Origin: Marinomonas sp. | GTDB taxonomy: Bacteria; Pseudomonadota; Gammaproteobacteria; Pseudomonadales; Marinomonadaceae | DNA: 64,000 nt | Assembly: GCA_039970455.1 (NCBI GenBank) | Contig: JBDVLX010000174.1 | Location: forward strand, 7,626-71,625 | Reading direction: 5' to 3' | In this document: positions 39,088 to 48,863 of the stretch, in pieces | How the letters are laid out: each line of letters begins with the position of its first letter | Position numbering within the stretch: the stretch's first letter is position 1 | The notes under the pieces: generated by a model | The model's input: only the letters and a program-made list of their open reading frames with translations | What the model was told of the DNA's origin: nothing | Database searches by the model: none | Program-made: the position numbers and the translations under genes

Positions 39088-39938
39088 ATAAATTGAAAGT
39101 TTACCTAGAGCTAACTCGGTTCGATCGCCCTATTGGGTCTTTATTATTAATGTGGCCAACCTTATGGGCGTTATGGCTCGCCTCTGATGGTACGCCTGAT
39201 TGGCACCTCGTTATTATTTTCATTTTGGGCGTGTTTAGTATGCGTTCTGCTGGCTGCGTTATTAATGATTATGCCGATAGAAAAGTTGATGGCAGCGTTG
39301 AGCGTACCAAGAATCGACCATTGCCTTCGGGCAGTGTTTCAGAAAAAGAAGCTCTAACACTTTTCGCAACACTTTGCTTGGTAAGCTTTATTCTGGTTCT
39401 TTTCACTGACGTTCGAACCATTTTGCTGTCGTTTGTCGGGTTAGGACTTGCAGCACTTTATCCCTTTATGAAGCGATATACCCACTTACCGCAGCTGTTC
39501 CTAGGTTTGGCTTTTTCTTGGGCAATACCTATGGCTTATAGTGCTCAAGGTGGTGATTTAAGCGACCCTATACTTTGGATGCTGTTTGTTGCCAACTGCT
39601 TCTGGACGATCGCATACGATACCTATTATGCGATGACAGACCGCGAAGATGACCTCAAAGTCGGCATCAAATCGACAGCCATCTTATTTGGGGAGCACGA
39701 CCTGCTTATCATTCTTTGTCTGCAAGGTCTGACTTTGTCTCTCTTAACTTGGGTCGGATTACTAGCTGGATTAGGTTGGCCGTATTTTATTGCCCTTATG
39801 TGTTGTGCCGGGTTATTTTATTTGCAATTTAAACAGGCTCGGAGCCGTGATAAAGCCGCCTACTTCCGCTCATTTCTAGACAATAACCGTATTGGCTTTT
39901 GTATCTTCGTTGGTCTAGTTTTAAGCTATTTTCTGTAA
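39084..39938 (+). CDS. ubiA: 4-hydroxybenzoate octaprenyltransferase
   Basis: RFDRPIGSLLLMWP, GCVINDYADRKVD, YDTYYAMTDREDD. Confidence 0.97.
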   Translation: MNKLKVYLELTRFDRPIGSLLLMWPTLWALWLASDGTPDWHLVIIFILGVFSMRSAGCVINDYADRKVDGSVERTKNRPLPSGSVSEKEALTLFATLCLVSFILVLFTDVRTILLSFVGLGLAALYPFMKRYTHLPQLFLGLAFSWAIPMAYSAQGGDLSDPILWMLFVANCFWTIAYDTYYAMTDREDDLKVGIKSTAILFGEHDLLIILCLQGLTLSLLTWVGLLAGLGWPYFIALMCCAGLFYLQFKQARSRDKAAYFRSFLDNNRIGFCIFVGLVLSYFL

Positions 39939-39958
39939 TATATGGCAAAGTTGTGACA

Positions 39959-39992
39959 TTTTAACCAAACTGTCACATTTGACGGCTTTAAT
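39959..39992 (+). promoter_or_regulatory. Pho box and -10 element upstream of phoBR
   Basis: TTTTAAC-CAAA-CTGTCAC, a 10-nt spacer, then TTTAAT; this is the canonical Pho-promoter geometry. Confidence 0.78.
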
Positions 39993-40022
39993 AAAACCGT
40001 TCCTGAGATGAGGGTAGATCCT

Positions 40023-40718
40023 GTGACCGGTAAAAAAGTATTAATTATTGATGACGAGTCTTCAATACGCGAAATGATCGCGATTGCTCTAGAAATGGCA
40101 GGCTATGAATATTTAGAAGCCGAAAATATTCAGCAAGCCCACGAAATTATCGTCGACCATCGACCAGATTTAATTCTTGTTGATTGGATGATGCCGGGCG
40201 GCAGTGGCATTGAGCTCACTCGTCGCTTGAAGAAAGACAACACAACGGCTGAAATTCCAGTCATCATGTTGACGGCGAAAAGTGAAGAAGACAACAAAAT
40301 CCAAGGCTTAGAAGTCGGTGCGGATGACTACATTACCAAACCTTTCTCTCCTCGTGAATTGGTTGCGAGATTAAAAGCCGTATTGCGCCGAGCAACACCT
40401 CAAGGCATTGATGAACCGATTGAAATTGAAGGGTTAATGCTAGACCCTATCAGTCAACGAGTCACAATAGGGGCTCGCCCTTTGGATATGGGGCCAACGG
40501 AATACAGATTGCTAAAATTCTTAATGACACACCAAGAACGCGCCTACTCTAGAGCACAACTTCTAGATCAGGTTTGGGGTGGTAATGTCTATGTAGAAGA
40601 GCGCACCGTTGATGTTCATATTCGTCGTTTACGCAAAGCAATTGGCAGTTCTCATGATTTCTTGATACAAACCGTTCGCGGAACTGGCTACCGATTTTCA
40701 GCAAAAAGGTCAGCATGA
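40023..40718 (+). CDS. phoB: Phosphate regulon response regulator PhoB
   Basis: LVDWMMPGGSG, GADDYITKPFSPRELVARLK, RTVDVHIRRLRK; GTG start after GAGG. Confidence 0.97.
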   Translation: MTGKKVLIIDDESSIREMIAIALEMAGYEYLEAENIQQAHEIIVDHRPDLILVDWMMPGGSGIELTRRLKKDNTTAEIPVIMLTAKSEEDNKIQGLEVGADDYITKPFSPRELVARLKAVLRRATPQGIDEPIEIEGLMLDPISQRVTIGARPLDMGPTEYRLLKFLMTHQERAYSRAQLLDQVWGGNVYVEERTVDVHIRRLRKAIGSSHDFLIQTVRGTGYRFSAKRSA

Positions 40719-42043
40719 AAAGCATTTGGCGAAATACCATACTAAGTTGGCTGTCGGGCCTCGCAGCTTGCATTGTCATTGGCCTTATCATTGGTCAATT
40801 GTTAGGGGTGTTATTGCTGTATGTTTTAGGATCTTTGTATTGGCAGCTATACCAGCTTTACCAATTCCATAGCTGGCTGCGCTATTCCAGTAAAGCATCG
40901 CCTCCGGAAGCCAGTGGAATTTGGGGAGACGTTTTTGACGCCGTTTACCGTTTGCAAAAAAAGCAACGTAAATCAAAACGTCGAATGCGCCAAGCATTAA
41001 CACGGATCGAAAGCTCGACGACCGCCTTAAAAGAAGGCGTGATTATGGCGGACAATCAAGGTAATTTAGAGTGGTGGAACAATTCTGCAGCTCACTTCTT
41101 TGGTCTGATGCGCCCTGTAGATCGAGGTCAGATAATCACCAACATCGTTCGCAGTCCGGAATTTTTCCGCTACTTCTCACAAAAACGCTTTGGGGAACCA
41201 CTGGTTATTAAATCCCCTGCAAAAGAAGGTGTTTACCTAGAAATACAAACAACGCTGTACGATAAAAATGATCACCTAATTTTTGTCCGTGATGTCACCC
41301 GTTTGCATCTTCTTGAACAAATGCGCAAAGACTTTGTTGCCAACGCCTCTCACGAGCTCAAAACACCTTTGACAGTGATTAAAGGTTATCTAGAAACCCT
41401 CGACATGTTTAAAGACAGTCTGCCGAAAAGCATGCAAAAAGGCATAGTTAACATGTCTGAACAGTCTGAGCGTATGGAACACCTCATTGAAGACTTGCTT
41501 CTTTTATCTCGTTTAGAAAGTGATGAAAAACGCGAAGAGAATCAATGGCACAAAGTCTTAGACGTTGTAAACGCCATTCAAAGTGCTGTGGAATCCATTG
41601 TGACTGAGCAGCACATCATCTCTGTCAAAATTCCTGATGAAGCTTATGTCTACGGTTCCTACAAAGAGCTCTATAGCGCTTTCTCTAACCTAATTGTTAA
41701 TGCCATTAAATACTCACCGGATGGTGGCGAAGTGGAAATCAAATGGGAATCTAGTCATCTCAATGGCGTATTCTCTGTGAAAGATGCTGGTTTAGGAATA
41801 GACCCTAGACACATTCCAAGGCTCACTGAGCGCTTCTTTAGAGTAGACAAGGGAAGAGGCTCAAAAACCGGAGGAACAGGCCTTGGGTTAGCCATAGTGA
41901 AGCATGTGTTGTTGCATCATGACGCTAAGCTTCAAATTCGCAGCCAACCGGGCCATGGCAGTACTTTTTCCTGCTATTTCCCAGCCAACCGAACACAGCA
42001 TGAGTCTGTCTCGACCCTCATTTTCAAAGGCAATGAAAGCTAA
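40715..42043 (+). CDS. phoR: Phosphate regulon sensor kinase PhoR
   Basis: PAS region, MRKDFVANASHELKTPLTV, NAIKYS, RFFRVDKGR...GGTGLGLAIVKH. Confidence 0.96.
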   Translation: MKSIWRNTILSWLSGLAACIVIGLIIGQLLGVLLLYVLGSLYWQLYQLYQFHSWLRYSSKASPPEASGIWGDVFDAVYRLQKKQRKSKRRMRQALTRIESSTTALKEGVIMADNQGNLEWWNNSAAHFFGLMRPVDRGQIITNIVRSPEFFRYFSQKRFGEPLVIKSPAKEGVYLEIQTTLYDKNDHLIFVRDVTRLHLLEQMRKDFVANASHELKTPLTVIKGYLETLDMFKDSLPKSMQKGIVNMSEQSERMEHLIEDLLLLSRLESDEKREENQWHKVLDVVNAIQSAVESIVTEQHIISVKIPDEAYVYGSYKELYSAFSNLIVNAIKYSPDGGEVEIKWESSHLNGVFSVKDAGLGIDPRHIPRLTERFFRVDKGRGSKTGGTGLGLAIVKHVLLHHDAKLQIRSQPGHGSTFSCYFPANRTQHESVSTLIFKGNES

Positions 42044-42058
42044 GCTGTTCCTAAAAAA

Positions 42059-42085
42059 AATAGGGAAGCCATTTGCTTCCCTATT
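42059..42085. terminator. Bidirectional terminator
   Basis: AATAGGGAAGC-CATTT-GCTTCCCTATT between convergent genes. Confidence 0.85.
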
Positions 42086-42111
42086 TATTACCTAAACACC
42101 TTCACGCCCGT

Positions 42112-42963
42112 TTATAAGCTGTTAAATAGTTGTGCGATAAAGTCTTCTTTTTCCTTGTCTTGGTCAATTAAGCTCAAGGTCACGGTTAAGAAGGTTGAAT
42201 CATGTTTCTTCTCTGTCGTAGATACTGATTGCACATAATAATTTAAACGGTTCATCGTGCCTTTATGCTCCAAATCCAGCACGGCTTGCCCTAACACCTG
42301 AGGCACCACATCGTCACTTTTAATCAACATGGTGGCTTCTTGCTTGCTAAATTGGATGACCATGCAGCGAAATTGCTTTTCCTCGAATCGTACAATCGTC
42401 GGCAATTTCACATCTTTCACTGTCACAACGGGGTCATCAGGGTGAGTGAACTTAGTTGCTTGAATAGGTTGAGTAGATTTCCCCGCCCCCATTAGGACAT
42501 CAATAGAAGCGGAAGCCACACCTTGGTTTCCTGTGTTAGCTTGACGAGGTTGTTGCGACACTAAGCGACCTTCCAACTTATGCTTCTTCGCAGCAGACAC
42601 CACTTTATTAATTAACTGCTCGCCTGAGAACGGCTTACCAAGATAATCCGTTACGCCTGCTTGTACCGCTTCAACAACATGGCTTTTATCACCTCGACTG
42701 GTAATCATGACAAATGGCACGTCGGCTTTCTGATATTGCGGCTGTTCGCGACACCATCTCAGTAACTCAACGCCTGTCATTTCAGGCATTTCCCAATCAC
42801 AAAGCACCATATTAAATTGCATTTTGGTCAATAGCTGCTGTGCTTTTCGACCATTAATCGCATCTTCAATTTCGACCGCTGGAAATTGCTTGCGCAAAGT
42901 TCTACGAATCAAGTCTCGCGTAAAAGATGCGTCATCAACTACTAGTATTTTCAGTGCCATCAC
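42112..42963 (-). CDS. Response regulator: receiver domain plus uncharacterised C-terminal beta domain
   Basis: VVDD...LCDWEMPEMTG...TSRG...GKPFS intact receiver; syntenic with the regulator between phoR and phoU in Pseudomonas. Confidence 0.88.
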   Translation of the reverse strand: MMALKILVVDDASFTRDLIRRTLRKQFPAVEIEDAINGRKAQQLLTKMQFNMVLCDWEMPEMTGVELLRWCREQPQYQKADVPFVMITSRGDKSHVVEAVQAGVTDYLGKPFSGEQLINKVVSAAKKHKLEGRLVSQQPRQANTGNQGVASASIDVLMGAGKSTQPIQATKFTHPDDPVVTVKDVKLPTIVRFEEKQFRCMVIQFSKQEATMLIKSDDVVPQVLGQAVLDLEHKGTMNRLNYYVQSVSTTEKKHDSTFLTVTLSLIDQDKEKEDFIAQLFNSL

Positions 42964-43739
42964 AATATTCCATTCGTTTTATCTAACAAGGCTGAGAAAT
43001 CGCCGTGCGCCGTTCTAAAAGTGGAAACCCACAGCAAAGTTGCCGCAACAACCGCAATGGGCATCATAAACAAATTCAACAAAGGAATCGCTAAACCAAC
43101 CATAACAACACCGCCAAAAGTCCAGCACAACAAGGGCTTGGAGCGAAGAGCTTGTCTCATGTCGCCAAATTTGACCTTGTTATTATCAAAGGCGTAATCC
43201 ATAAACTGCAAAGCGAGCATCCAAGCAGAAAACAAAAGCAACAACACAGGCGCAATAACATTTACAATGGGTATAAAGGACAATAGCAGCAATAATAAAA
43301 AGCGCGGTAGAAAATACAGAATTTTCTGACATTCCCTTTGCAAGCTGCGACCTATAATTTTCATTATCACGCTTGCGGTTAATTGCTCATCAAAGGTCTT
43401 ACCGGTTTCTTTTTCTTCCACTTTCTCAGCTAAAAAAGCCATAAACGGCGAGGCCAGAATATTGATGCCAACAGAAAAACTGTAAAAAAGCAGAACACTA
43501 ATAACGGCACCAAAGATCAAATAGAACAACCAATTCAGAAAAGAAAACCAATCTGGCACATAGTTCATTGCCGAATCTAGCAAACTTTGAAAATAGCTAA
43601 ACGCAAGCATGTAAATTAATCCCATTAAGGCAAAATTGGCCAACAATGGAATCAAAATGAATAGCCTCAAATCTCTCGAGAGAAGCAAAGGAGCGGCTTT
43701 TAGAAAAGCGCCTACGGCTTTAAAGGGCTGGGTAATCAA
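42960..43739 (-). CDS. cysZ: CysZ/EI24 family membrane protein
   Basis: NILASPFMAFLAEKVE, ALQFMDYAFDN, PIAVVAATLLW. Confidence 0.85.
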   Translation of the reverse strand: MITQPFKAVGAFLKAAPLLLSRDLRLFILIPLLANFALMGLIYMLAFSYFQSLLDSAMNYVPDWFSFLNWLFYLIFGAVISVLLFYSFSVGINILASPFMAFLAEKVEEKETGKTFDEQLTASVIMKIIGRSLQRECQKILYFLPRFLLLLLLSFIPIVNVIAPVLLLLFSAWMLALQFMDYAFDNNKVKFGDMRQALRSKPLLCWTFGGVVMVGLAIPLLNLFMMPIAVVAATLLWVSTFRTAHGDFSALLDKTNGIL

Positions 43740-43941
43740 AGTACAAATTGCCTTTTAGTAAAGTAAAAAACACAGAGTATCACGGAGACTTTCTTGCCTC
43801 CACAAACTACTTCATGATTCCCTTTCTGTTCCATGTTTTGTGTCTTTATTGAGTAGAACAAACCACTATTTAACAACACAAACTCTCTTTTTTTGTCTAT
43901 TATAGAAAGCTCTTTTGAATTAGTCGTAAGGTGCTTTTCTT

Positions 43942-44451
43942 ATGCGTTTTTTCACTCTGTTAATATTGCTGCTTTCTAGCCCTCTCTCCCTGCCTTCTTA
44001 CGCATTAGAAAAGCCGTCTCATAGAGTTGTTTTAACCGTATCTGGGGCAATTAATGTGACGAATGTTAACCAAGAAGCGGCATTCGACATGACGATGCTA
44101 CAGGCTTTACCGCAATACGTTGTAACAACGAAGAACCCTTGGGCGAAAGCAGCGCATACTTATCAAGGCTTTTCAGCTATCGACCTACTCAACTCTTTGG
44201 GCAATAAGGGCAACTTACTTCAAGTCACCGCCTTAAATAAATACATGACTGAGATTCCGCTTTCTGACTTCGTGGAGCAAGGTGCAATTTTTGCTACACA
44301 CCAAGATGGTGTACCTATGAGCGTTCGGAACCTTGGTCCAATTATGGTGATTTACCCTTTTGATGCGAATGAAAACTTAAGGTCAGAGCTGTATTACAGC
44401 CGATCTATTTGGCAAGTAAGCAGTATTAAAACCCTTATTGTTGCGGAGTAG
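43942..44451 (+). CDS. Exported protein with a molybdopterin-oxidoreductase-like fold and no Cys
   Basis: Signal peptide; VLTVSG, TTKNPW, ALNKY, DGVPMSVRNLGPIMVIYP, SIWQV motifs. Confidence 0.75.
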   Translation: MRFFTLLILLLSSPLSLPSYALEKPSHRVVLTVSGAINVTNVNQEAAFDMTMLQALPQYVVTTKNPWAKAAHTYQGFSAIDLLNSLGNKGNLLQVTALNKYMTEIPLSDFVEQGAIFATHQDGVPMSVRNLGPIMVIYPFDANENLRSELYYSRSIWQVSSIKTLIVAE

Positions 44452-44454
44452 AAG

Positions 44455-46257
44455 GTGCTTTTATCCAAACAAAAAGCATGGCTAGCAAGCTTCCGTAAAT
44501 CGGTTCTATATGCTTTCATCATCCTTATCATCACGATTTCTATTACGCTATTTGGCATTATCACTTACACAAATGAAAGTACGAAGGACAATAGCCGTAG
44601 AATCTTTGAAAGCTCTCTATGGTGCGCACTGCAGCTGCAAATACAGTCTTATCGGTTATTGGATTACCTCATTAACCTGGATGGAAGCACCTTCCCCTTA
44701 AAAGGCGAAGCATTTTTCGAATACGACCTGCTTATGAGTCGTATCGACTTACTTAGAGAAGGCGAAATCGGTTCGCTTATTCGCAACTTTGAAGAAGGAC
44801 GCATCGTAAAACACCTCAACCTAATCAACGGTGAATTAGAGCTATTAAGCTTTCATATATCCAAATTAGAGCAAAATGACCTATCCTATTTAACCAGCAT
44901 AATTGAGCGTATTCAGCGCCTTCAGCCTAAAATTGATGAGTTTGTCTCTCTGGTGAATAAAGGCAGTACGGATTACATAAATAAAGAACATCAAGATTTT
45001 GAGCAAAGTCTAAGCGCCATCCAGTTTTTATCTATGGCGCTATTAATCTGTTTGTTACTCTTATCTTTCTTTACGGTTAAAGCTCTGCTTGAGTTGCAAA
45101 AGGCATTAAAAGACAGCAATAAACTGAAAGCAGGTATGCAGGCTGTTCATGAAGACAAAACCAATATGCTGGCCTTTATTCATCAGGAACTTAGGTCGCC
45201 GATCAACGCTATTTTGGGTATTGCTCAGACGGTCAAAAATGCACCTTCTACTCAATCATCTACCGAGCTTTCCAAACACATTGAAGAGGCAGGTGATCAA
45301 TTACTTCAAAACATCGAAATGTTCTCTGATTTAGCGCAAATTGAGACGGATGAATTCTCTCTTCTGCATACAACCGATAACCTTCAAAAGCATGTGGAAG
45401 CCTGCCTGACACAATTTGAATCTCAAATGACTCGTAAAGGTCTACAAGGCATTGTTTACATCGATCCTCTTTTACCAAAAGACATTACCATCGACTTCAA
45501 TCGATTAAAAAAAATCATTATCAGCTTACTGCAAAACGCATTAACTCACACGCCTTCTGGCAGCATCAGTGTGCAAATTCGCCCTTCTATTCTTGCCATT
45601 CCATTAATGACAACACCTCCCGTATCTACGCAAGAAACAAGAATGCTGCAAATTGCTGTGAAAGACACAGGCTTAGGCATGCCAGGGCAATTGCAAGATA
45701 ACTTGAGAATGAGCCCATTACTTCCCCAAGATGACGAATCCATATTAAGACGAATTGGCTTGAACTTAGCTCTATGTCATAAGTTAGTGAAATTCATGAA
45801 TGGTGAAATTCATTTTTATAATGCACCTCAAAAAGGCTGTGAGTTCTGGGTCGATGTTCCCTATTATGTTGAACGTGATGACACCCAAATTGACAAGCCT
45901 GAGAAAGCATCAAACCACCAGTTTTGCGCGAATAAGCATGTACTTATCATTGAAGAAGATTCACACTTGGCGAAAGTTCTGTCCAATCAGCTAGCAACAT
46001 TAGACATTAAAGTAACCCTTTTTAGAGAGGGACACATTCCGTCAAAAGAAAAGCTGGATGCCATCATTCTTGGTAATTCAACTTGGCTAGAAAGAAACGG
46101 ATTCGATATGATGGAGCAGTGGAAAAAGCAAGGAACCCCTATTCTTAGCTACAGTACTGATGCGATTAAACAATATGGGCTGCATATCACACCTCTATCG
46201 TTTCCGCTGTTACAGAGCCAGATAGAGAAAATAGTCACTCAGCGTTTTAAACAATAA
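44455..46257 (+). CDS. Hybrid sensor histidine-kinase-like protein with degenerate H-box and receiver
   Basis: Two TM, HQELRSPINAILG in place of SHELRTP, N-box QNALTHT, VKDTGLGM, G2 IGLNL, receiver DAIILG. Confidence 0.85.
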   Translation: MLLSKQKAWLASFRKSVLYAFIILIITISITLFGIITYTNESTKDNSRRIFESSLWCALQLQIQSYRLLDYLINLDGSTFPLKGEAFFEYDLLMSRIDLLREGEIGSLIRNFEEGRIVKHLNLINGELELLSFHISKLEQNDLSYLTSIIERIQRLQPKIDEFVSLVNKGSTDYINKEHQDFEQSLSAIQFLSMALLICLLLLSFFTVKALLELQKALKDSNKLKAGMQAVHEDKTNMLAFIHQELRSPINAILGIAQTVKNAPSTQSSTELSKHIEEAGDQLLQNIEMFSDLAQIETDEFSLLHTTDNLQKHVEACLTQFESQMTRKGLQGIVYIDPLLPKDITIDFNRLKKIIISLLQNALTHTPSGSISVQIRPSILAIPLMTTPPVSTQETRMLQIAVKDTGLGMPGQLQDNLRMSPLLPQDDESILRRIGLNLALCHKLVKFMNGEIHFYNAPQKGCEFWVDVPYYVERDDTQIDKPEKASNHQFCANKHVLIIEEDSHLAKVLSNQLATLDIKVTLFREGHIPSKEKLDAIILGNSTWLERNGFDMMEQWKKQGTPILSYSTDAIKQYGLHITPLSFPLLQSQIEKIVTQRFKQ

Positions 46258-46281
46258 ATACATTCTAACAAGGCACTTTAA

Positions 46282-46617
46282 ATGATCGACCACTCCTATC
46301 TCGACTCACTTGTTGAGCTACTTGGAAAAGACACCATAAACGGAATACACTTAGTTTATGTAGATGAAAGTGCCGAAAAGCTGCAAGATTTATTAACCGC
46401 ATGGAAAGCAAAGAACTACACAGAGCTGCAAGACATCAGTCATTCATTGAAATCTTCCAGCTTAAGTATGGCTATGACAGACTTTGCAGAACAATGCCGG
46501 ATAATAGAAGAACTGTCGCAAACAGCAGATGAGCAAGGCGTTAAACCAATCATAGAGAGCTTGTCTGTTATCTATCACAAGTCCTTAGAAGAACTCGTGG
46601 CCTATTTCGAAGACTGA
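46282..46617 (+). CDS. Stand-alone Hpt domain protein
   Basis: 111 aa, helical; ISHSLKSSS phosphoacceptor motif. Confidence 0.88.
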   Translation: MIDHSYLDSLVELLGKDTINGIHLVYVDESAEKLQDLLTAWKAKNYTELQDISHSLKSSSLSMAMTDFAEQCRIIEELSQTADEQGVKPIIESLSVIYHKSLEELVAYFED

Positions 46618-46643
46618 TAAAAAAAGAAGCAACCTGAATTCGC

Positions 46644-47150
46644 TTAAACTGCAAAGCTCCAGTTCATATCCGTTGCGGAAACAAAAGTCGCCACGAAGGA
46701 TTCAATTCCCGCTTGATCAACTTCAGTAAAACGTTCGACCTTTGGACTGTCCATATCAAAAACGCCAATCAACTTACCCTGTGAAATAACAGGCACTACC
46801 AGCTCAGAAGCAGAAGCGGCGTCGCAGGCTATGTGTCCATCAAAAGCATGAACATCTTCGATACGTTGTGTTTGTTGGGTTTTCGCCGCTTCACCACACA
46901 CTCCTCGACCAAAAGGAATACGAGTACAAGCCACTTTGCCCATATAAGGTCCAAGCACTAATTCTTCATCACGAGCAAAGTAAAAACCAGACCAGTTAAG
47001 ATCAGGAACAGTCTGCATGACAAAAGCAGAAAATTGAGCAGCATTACAGATGAAATCTCGCTCTCCACTGAGCAAGGCCGCCAGTTGAGCGTTTAATTCT
47101 TGATAGGTTTCTTGCGGGGAAGAGGTTGTATTTACTTCTATTGTAAACAT
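46644..47150 (-). CDS. msrC: GAF-domain free methionine-(R)-sulfoxide reductase (MsrC/YebR)
   Basis: LNWSGFY, LGPYMGKVACTRIPFGRGVCG, HIACDAASASE with all three Cys. Confidence 0.9.
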   Translation of the reverse strand: MFTIEVNTTSSPQETYQELNAQLAALLSGERDFICNAAQFSAFVMQTVPDLNWSGFYFARDEELVLGPYMGKVACTRIPFGRGVCGEAAKTQQTQRIEDVHAFDGHIACDAASASELVVPVISQGKLIGVFDMDSPKVERFTEVDQAGIESFVATFVSATDMNWSFAV

Positions 47151-47238
47151 GAAGGTTATCACCAAAAAAGACAAAGCCAGATGATAACAAAATCTGTACA
47201 GAGGAGAGAAACAGATAAAAGGGATTGATTAAGAAAGT

Positions 47239-47279
47239 ATCGATCTCATGCTAGCCCAAGGCAATAGCATGAGATCGAT
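47239..47279 (-). terminator. Long hairpin after phoU
   Basis: 15-bp stem ATCGATCTCATGCTA / TAGCATGAGATCGAT. Confidence 0.75.
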
Positions 47280-47287
47280 TGGCACTA

Positions 47288-48001
47288 TTACACGCCTTTT
47301 ACTTCATCTGCTAAATCATTCACGTTCACGTGGCGTACATCGACACCTTTCACCATGAAGATCAAATGCTGACAAGTGTGGCGAGCATGGTCACCAATGC
47401 GTTCAAGCGAACGAAGTACCCAAATGACATTGATCACGCTCGAAATACTGCGTGGATCTTCCATCATATAAGTCACTAAAGAGCGCAAAGCCGCTTCGTA
47501 TTCACGGTCTACTTCACGGTCTTTTTTCGCTACTTTAATTGCCGCATCGATATCTAATCGAGCGTAAGCGTCCAATGAGTCATGAATCATTCGTGACACC
47601 ATTTGACCAATACGGCTGATCTCAACATAACCGCGTGGAGATTCACCACCGTCGATCAAATCAGAAGTCAATTTGGCGATCTTTTTCGCTTCATCACCTA
47701 TTCGCTCTAATTCACTCACGGCTTTACTGATCGACAGAATCATACGCAAGTCAGAGGCTGCAGGCTGACGCTTAGCAAGAATGCGCGTACATTCTTCGTC
47801 TATCAAGCCATCTAGTTCATTAACAGAAGCGTCTTTTGCTCTGACTTCTTCTGCTAATTCGCCGTTAGCGTCTAAAAGAGCCTGAACTGCATCTTGAACC
47901 TGAGTCTCAACAATACCGCCCATGGTCAAAAAGTGTTGGCGCAACATTTCTAGCTCGTTATTAAACTGCTGAGAAATATGATCCGTTGTTAATTCTTTCA
48001 T
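47288..48001 (-). CDS. phoU: Phosphate signalling complex protein PhoU
   Basis: HISQQFNNELE, QPAASDLR, LERIGD twice. Confidence 0.97.
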   Translation of the reverse strand: MKELTTDHISQQFNNELEMLRQHFLTMGGIVETQVQDAVQALLDANGELAEEVRAKDASVNELDGLIDEECTRILAKRQPAASDLRMILSISKAVSELERIGDEAKKIAKLTSDLIDGGESPRGYVEISRIGQMVSRMIHDSLDAYARLDIDAAIKVAKKDREVDREYEAALRSLVTYMMEDPRSISSVINVIWVLRSLERIGDHARHTCQHLIFMVKGVDVRHVNVNDLADEVKGV

Positions 48002-48015
48002 AATCCGTCCTCCGC

Positions 48016-48846
48016 CTAGCCGTAGCGACCTGTGATGTAATCTTCTGTTTGTTGCTTACTTGGGTTAGTAAATAAAGAATTCGTATCGCCAAATTCAATC
48101 AAATCACCCATGTACATGAAGGCAGTGTAATCCGATACACGCGCTGCCTGCTGCATATTGTGAGTTACGATCGCAATGGTGAAATCGTTTTTCAGTTCGT
48201 GGATTAACTCTTCAATTTTCAATGTTGAGATTGGGTCCAAGGCAGAAGCTGGCTCATCCAACAATAAAACTTCAGGTTTTACCGCTACCGTACGAGCGAT
48301 AACCAAACGCTGCTGCTGACCACCAGACATGCCCAAAGCACTTTCGTGTAGACGGTCTTTTACTTCGTCCCACAATGCCGCTGAACGCAACGCCCATTCA
48401 ACGGTTTCGTCAATCACACGCTTTTGGTTAATGCCTTGAATACGCAAGCCGTACGCTACGTTTTCGTAGATGCTTTTTGGGAATGGATTTGGCTTTTGGA
48501 ACACCATACCAACACGACGACGCAATTCTGCTACGTCCGTGCCTTTTTCATAAATATTGCTGTCATGCAGGTTGATCTCACCGGTAATACGGCAGCTATC
48601 AACCAAGTCATTCATGCGGTTGAAACAACGCAACAGCGTTGATTTACCACAACCAGAAGGACCGATGAAAGCCGTTACCTTCTTCTCAGGGATGATCATA
48701 TCCACGCCTTTAAGCGCTTCTTTTTCCCCATAGTAAAGATGCAAATCTTTAACAGAAAGGCAAACGGTTTCATCTTCGATGCGCAAAGCTTGCTGGCTAC
48801 GCTGCATCGCTGAAATATCAATTGAGTGTGTTTTTGCTTCGCTCAT
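48016..48846 (-). CDS. pstB: Phosphate ABC transporter ATP-binding protein PstB
   Basis: [37 protein letters not shown]. Confidence 0.98.
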   Translation of the reverse strand: MSEAKTHSIDISAMQRSQQALRIEDETVCLSVKDLHLYYGEKEALKGVDMIIPEKKVTAFIGPSGCGKSTLLRCFNRMNDLVDSCRITGEINLHDSNIYEKGTDVAELRRRVGMVFQKPNPFPKSIYENVAYGLRIQGINQKRVIDETVEWALRSAALWDEVKDRLHESALGMSGGQQQRLVIARTVAVKPEVLLLDEPASALDPISTLKIEELIHELKNDFTIAIVTHNMQQAARVSDYTAFMYMGDLIEFGDTNSLFTNPSKQQTEDYITGRYG

Positions 48847-48863
48847 AATCTTTTCTTCTCCGC

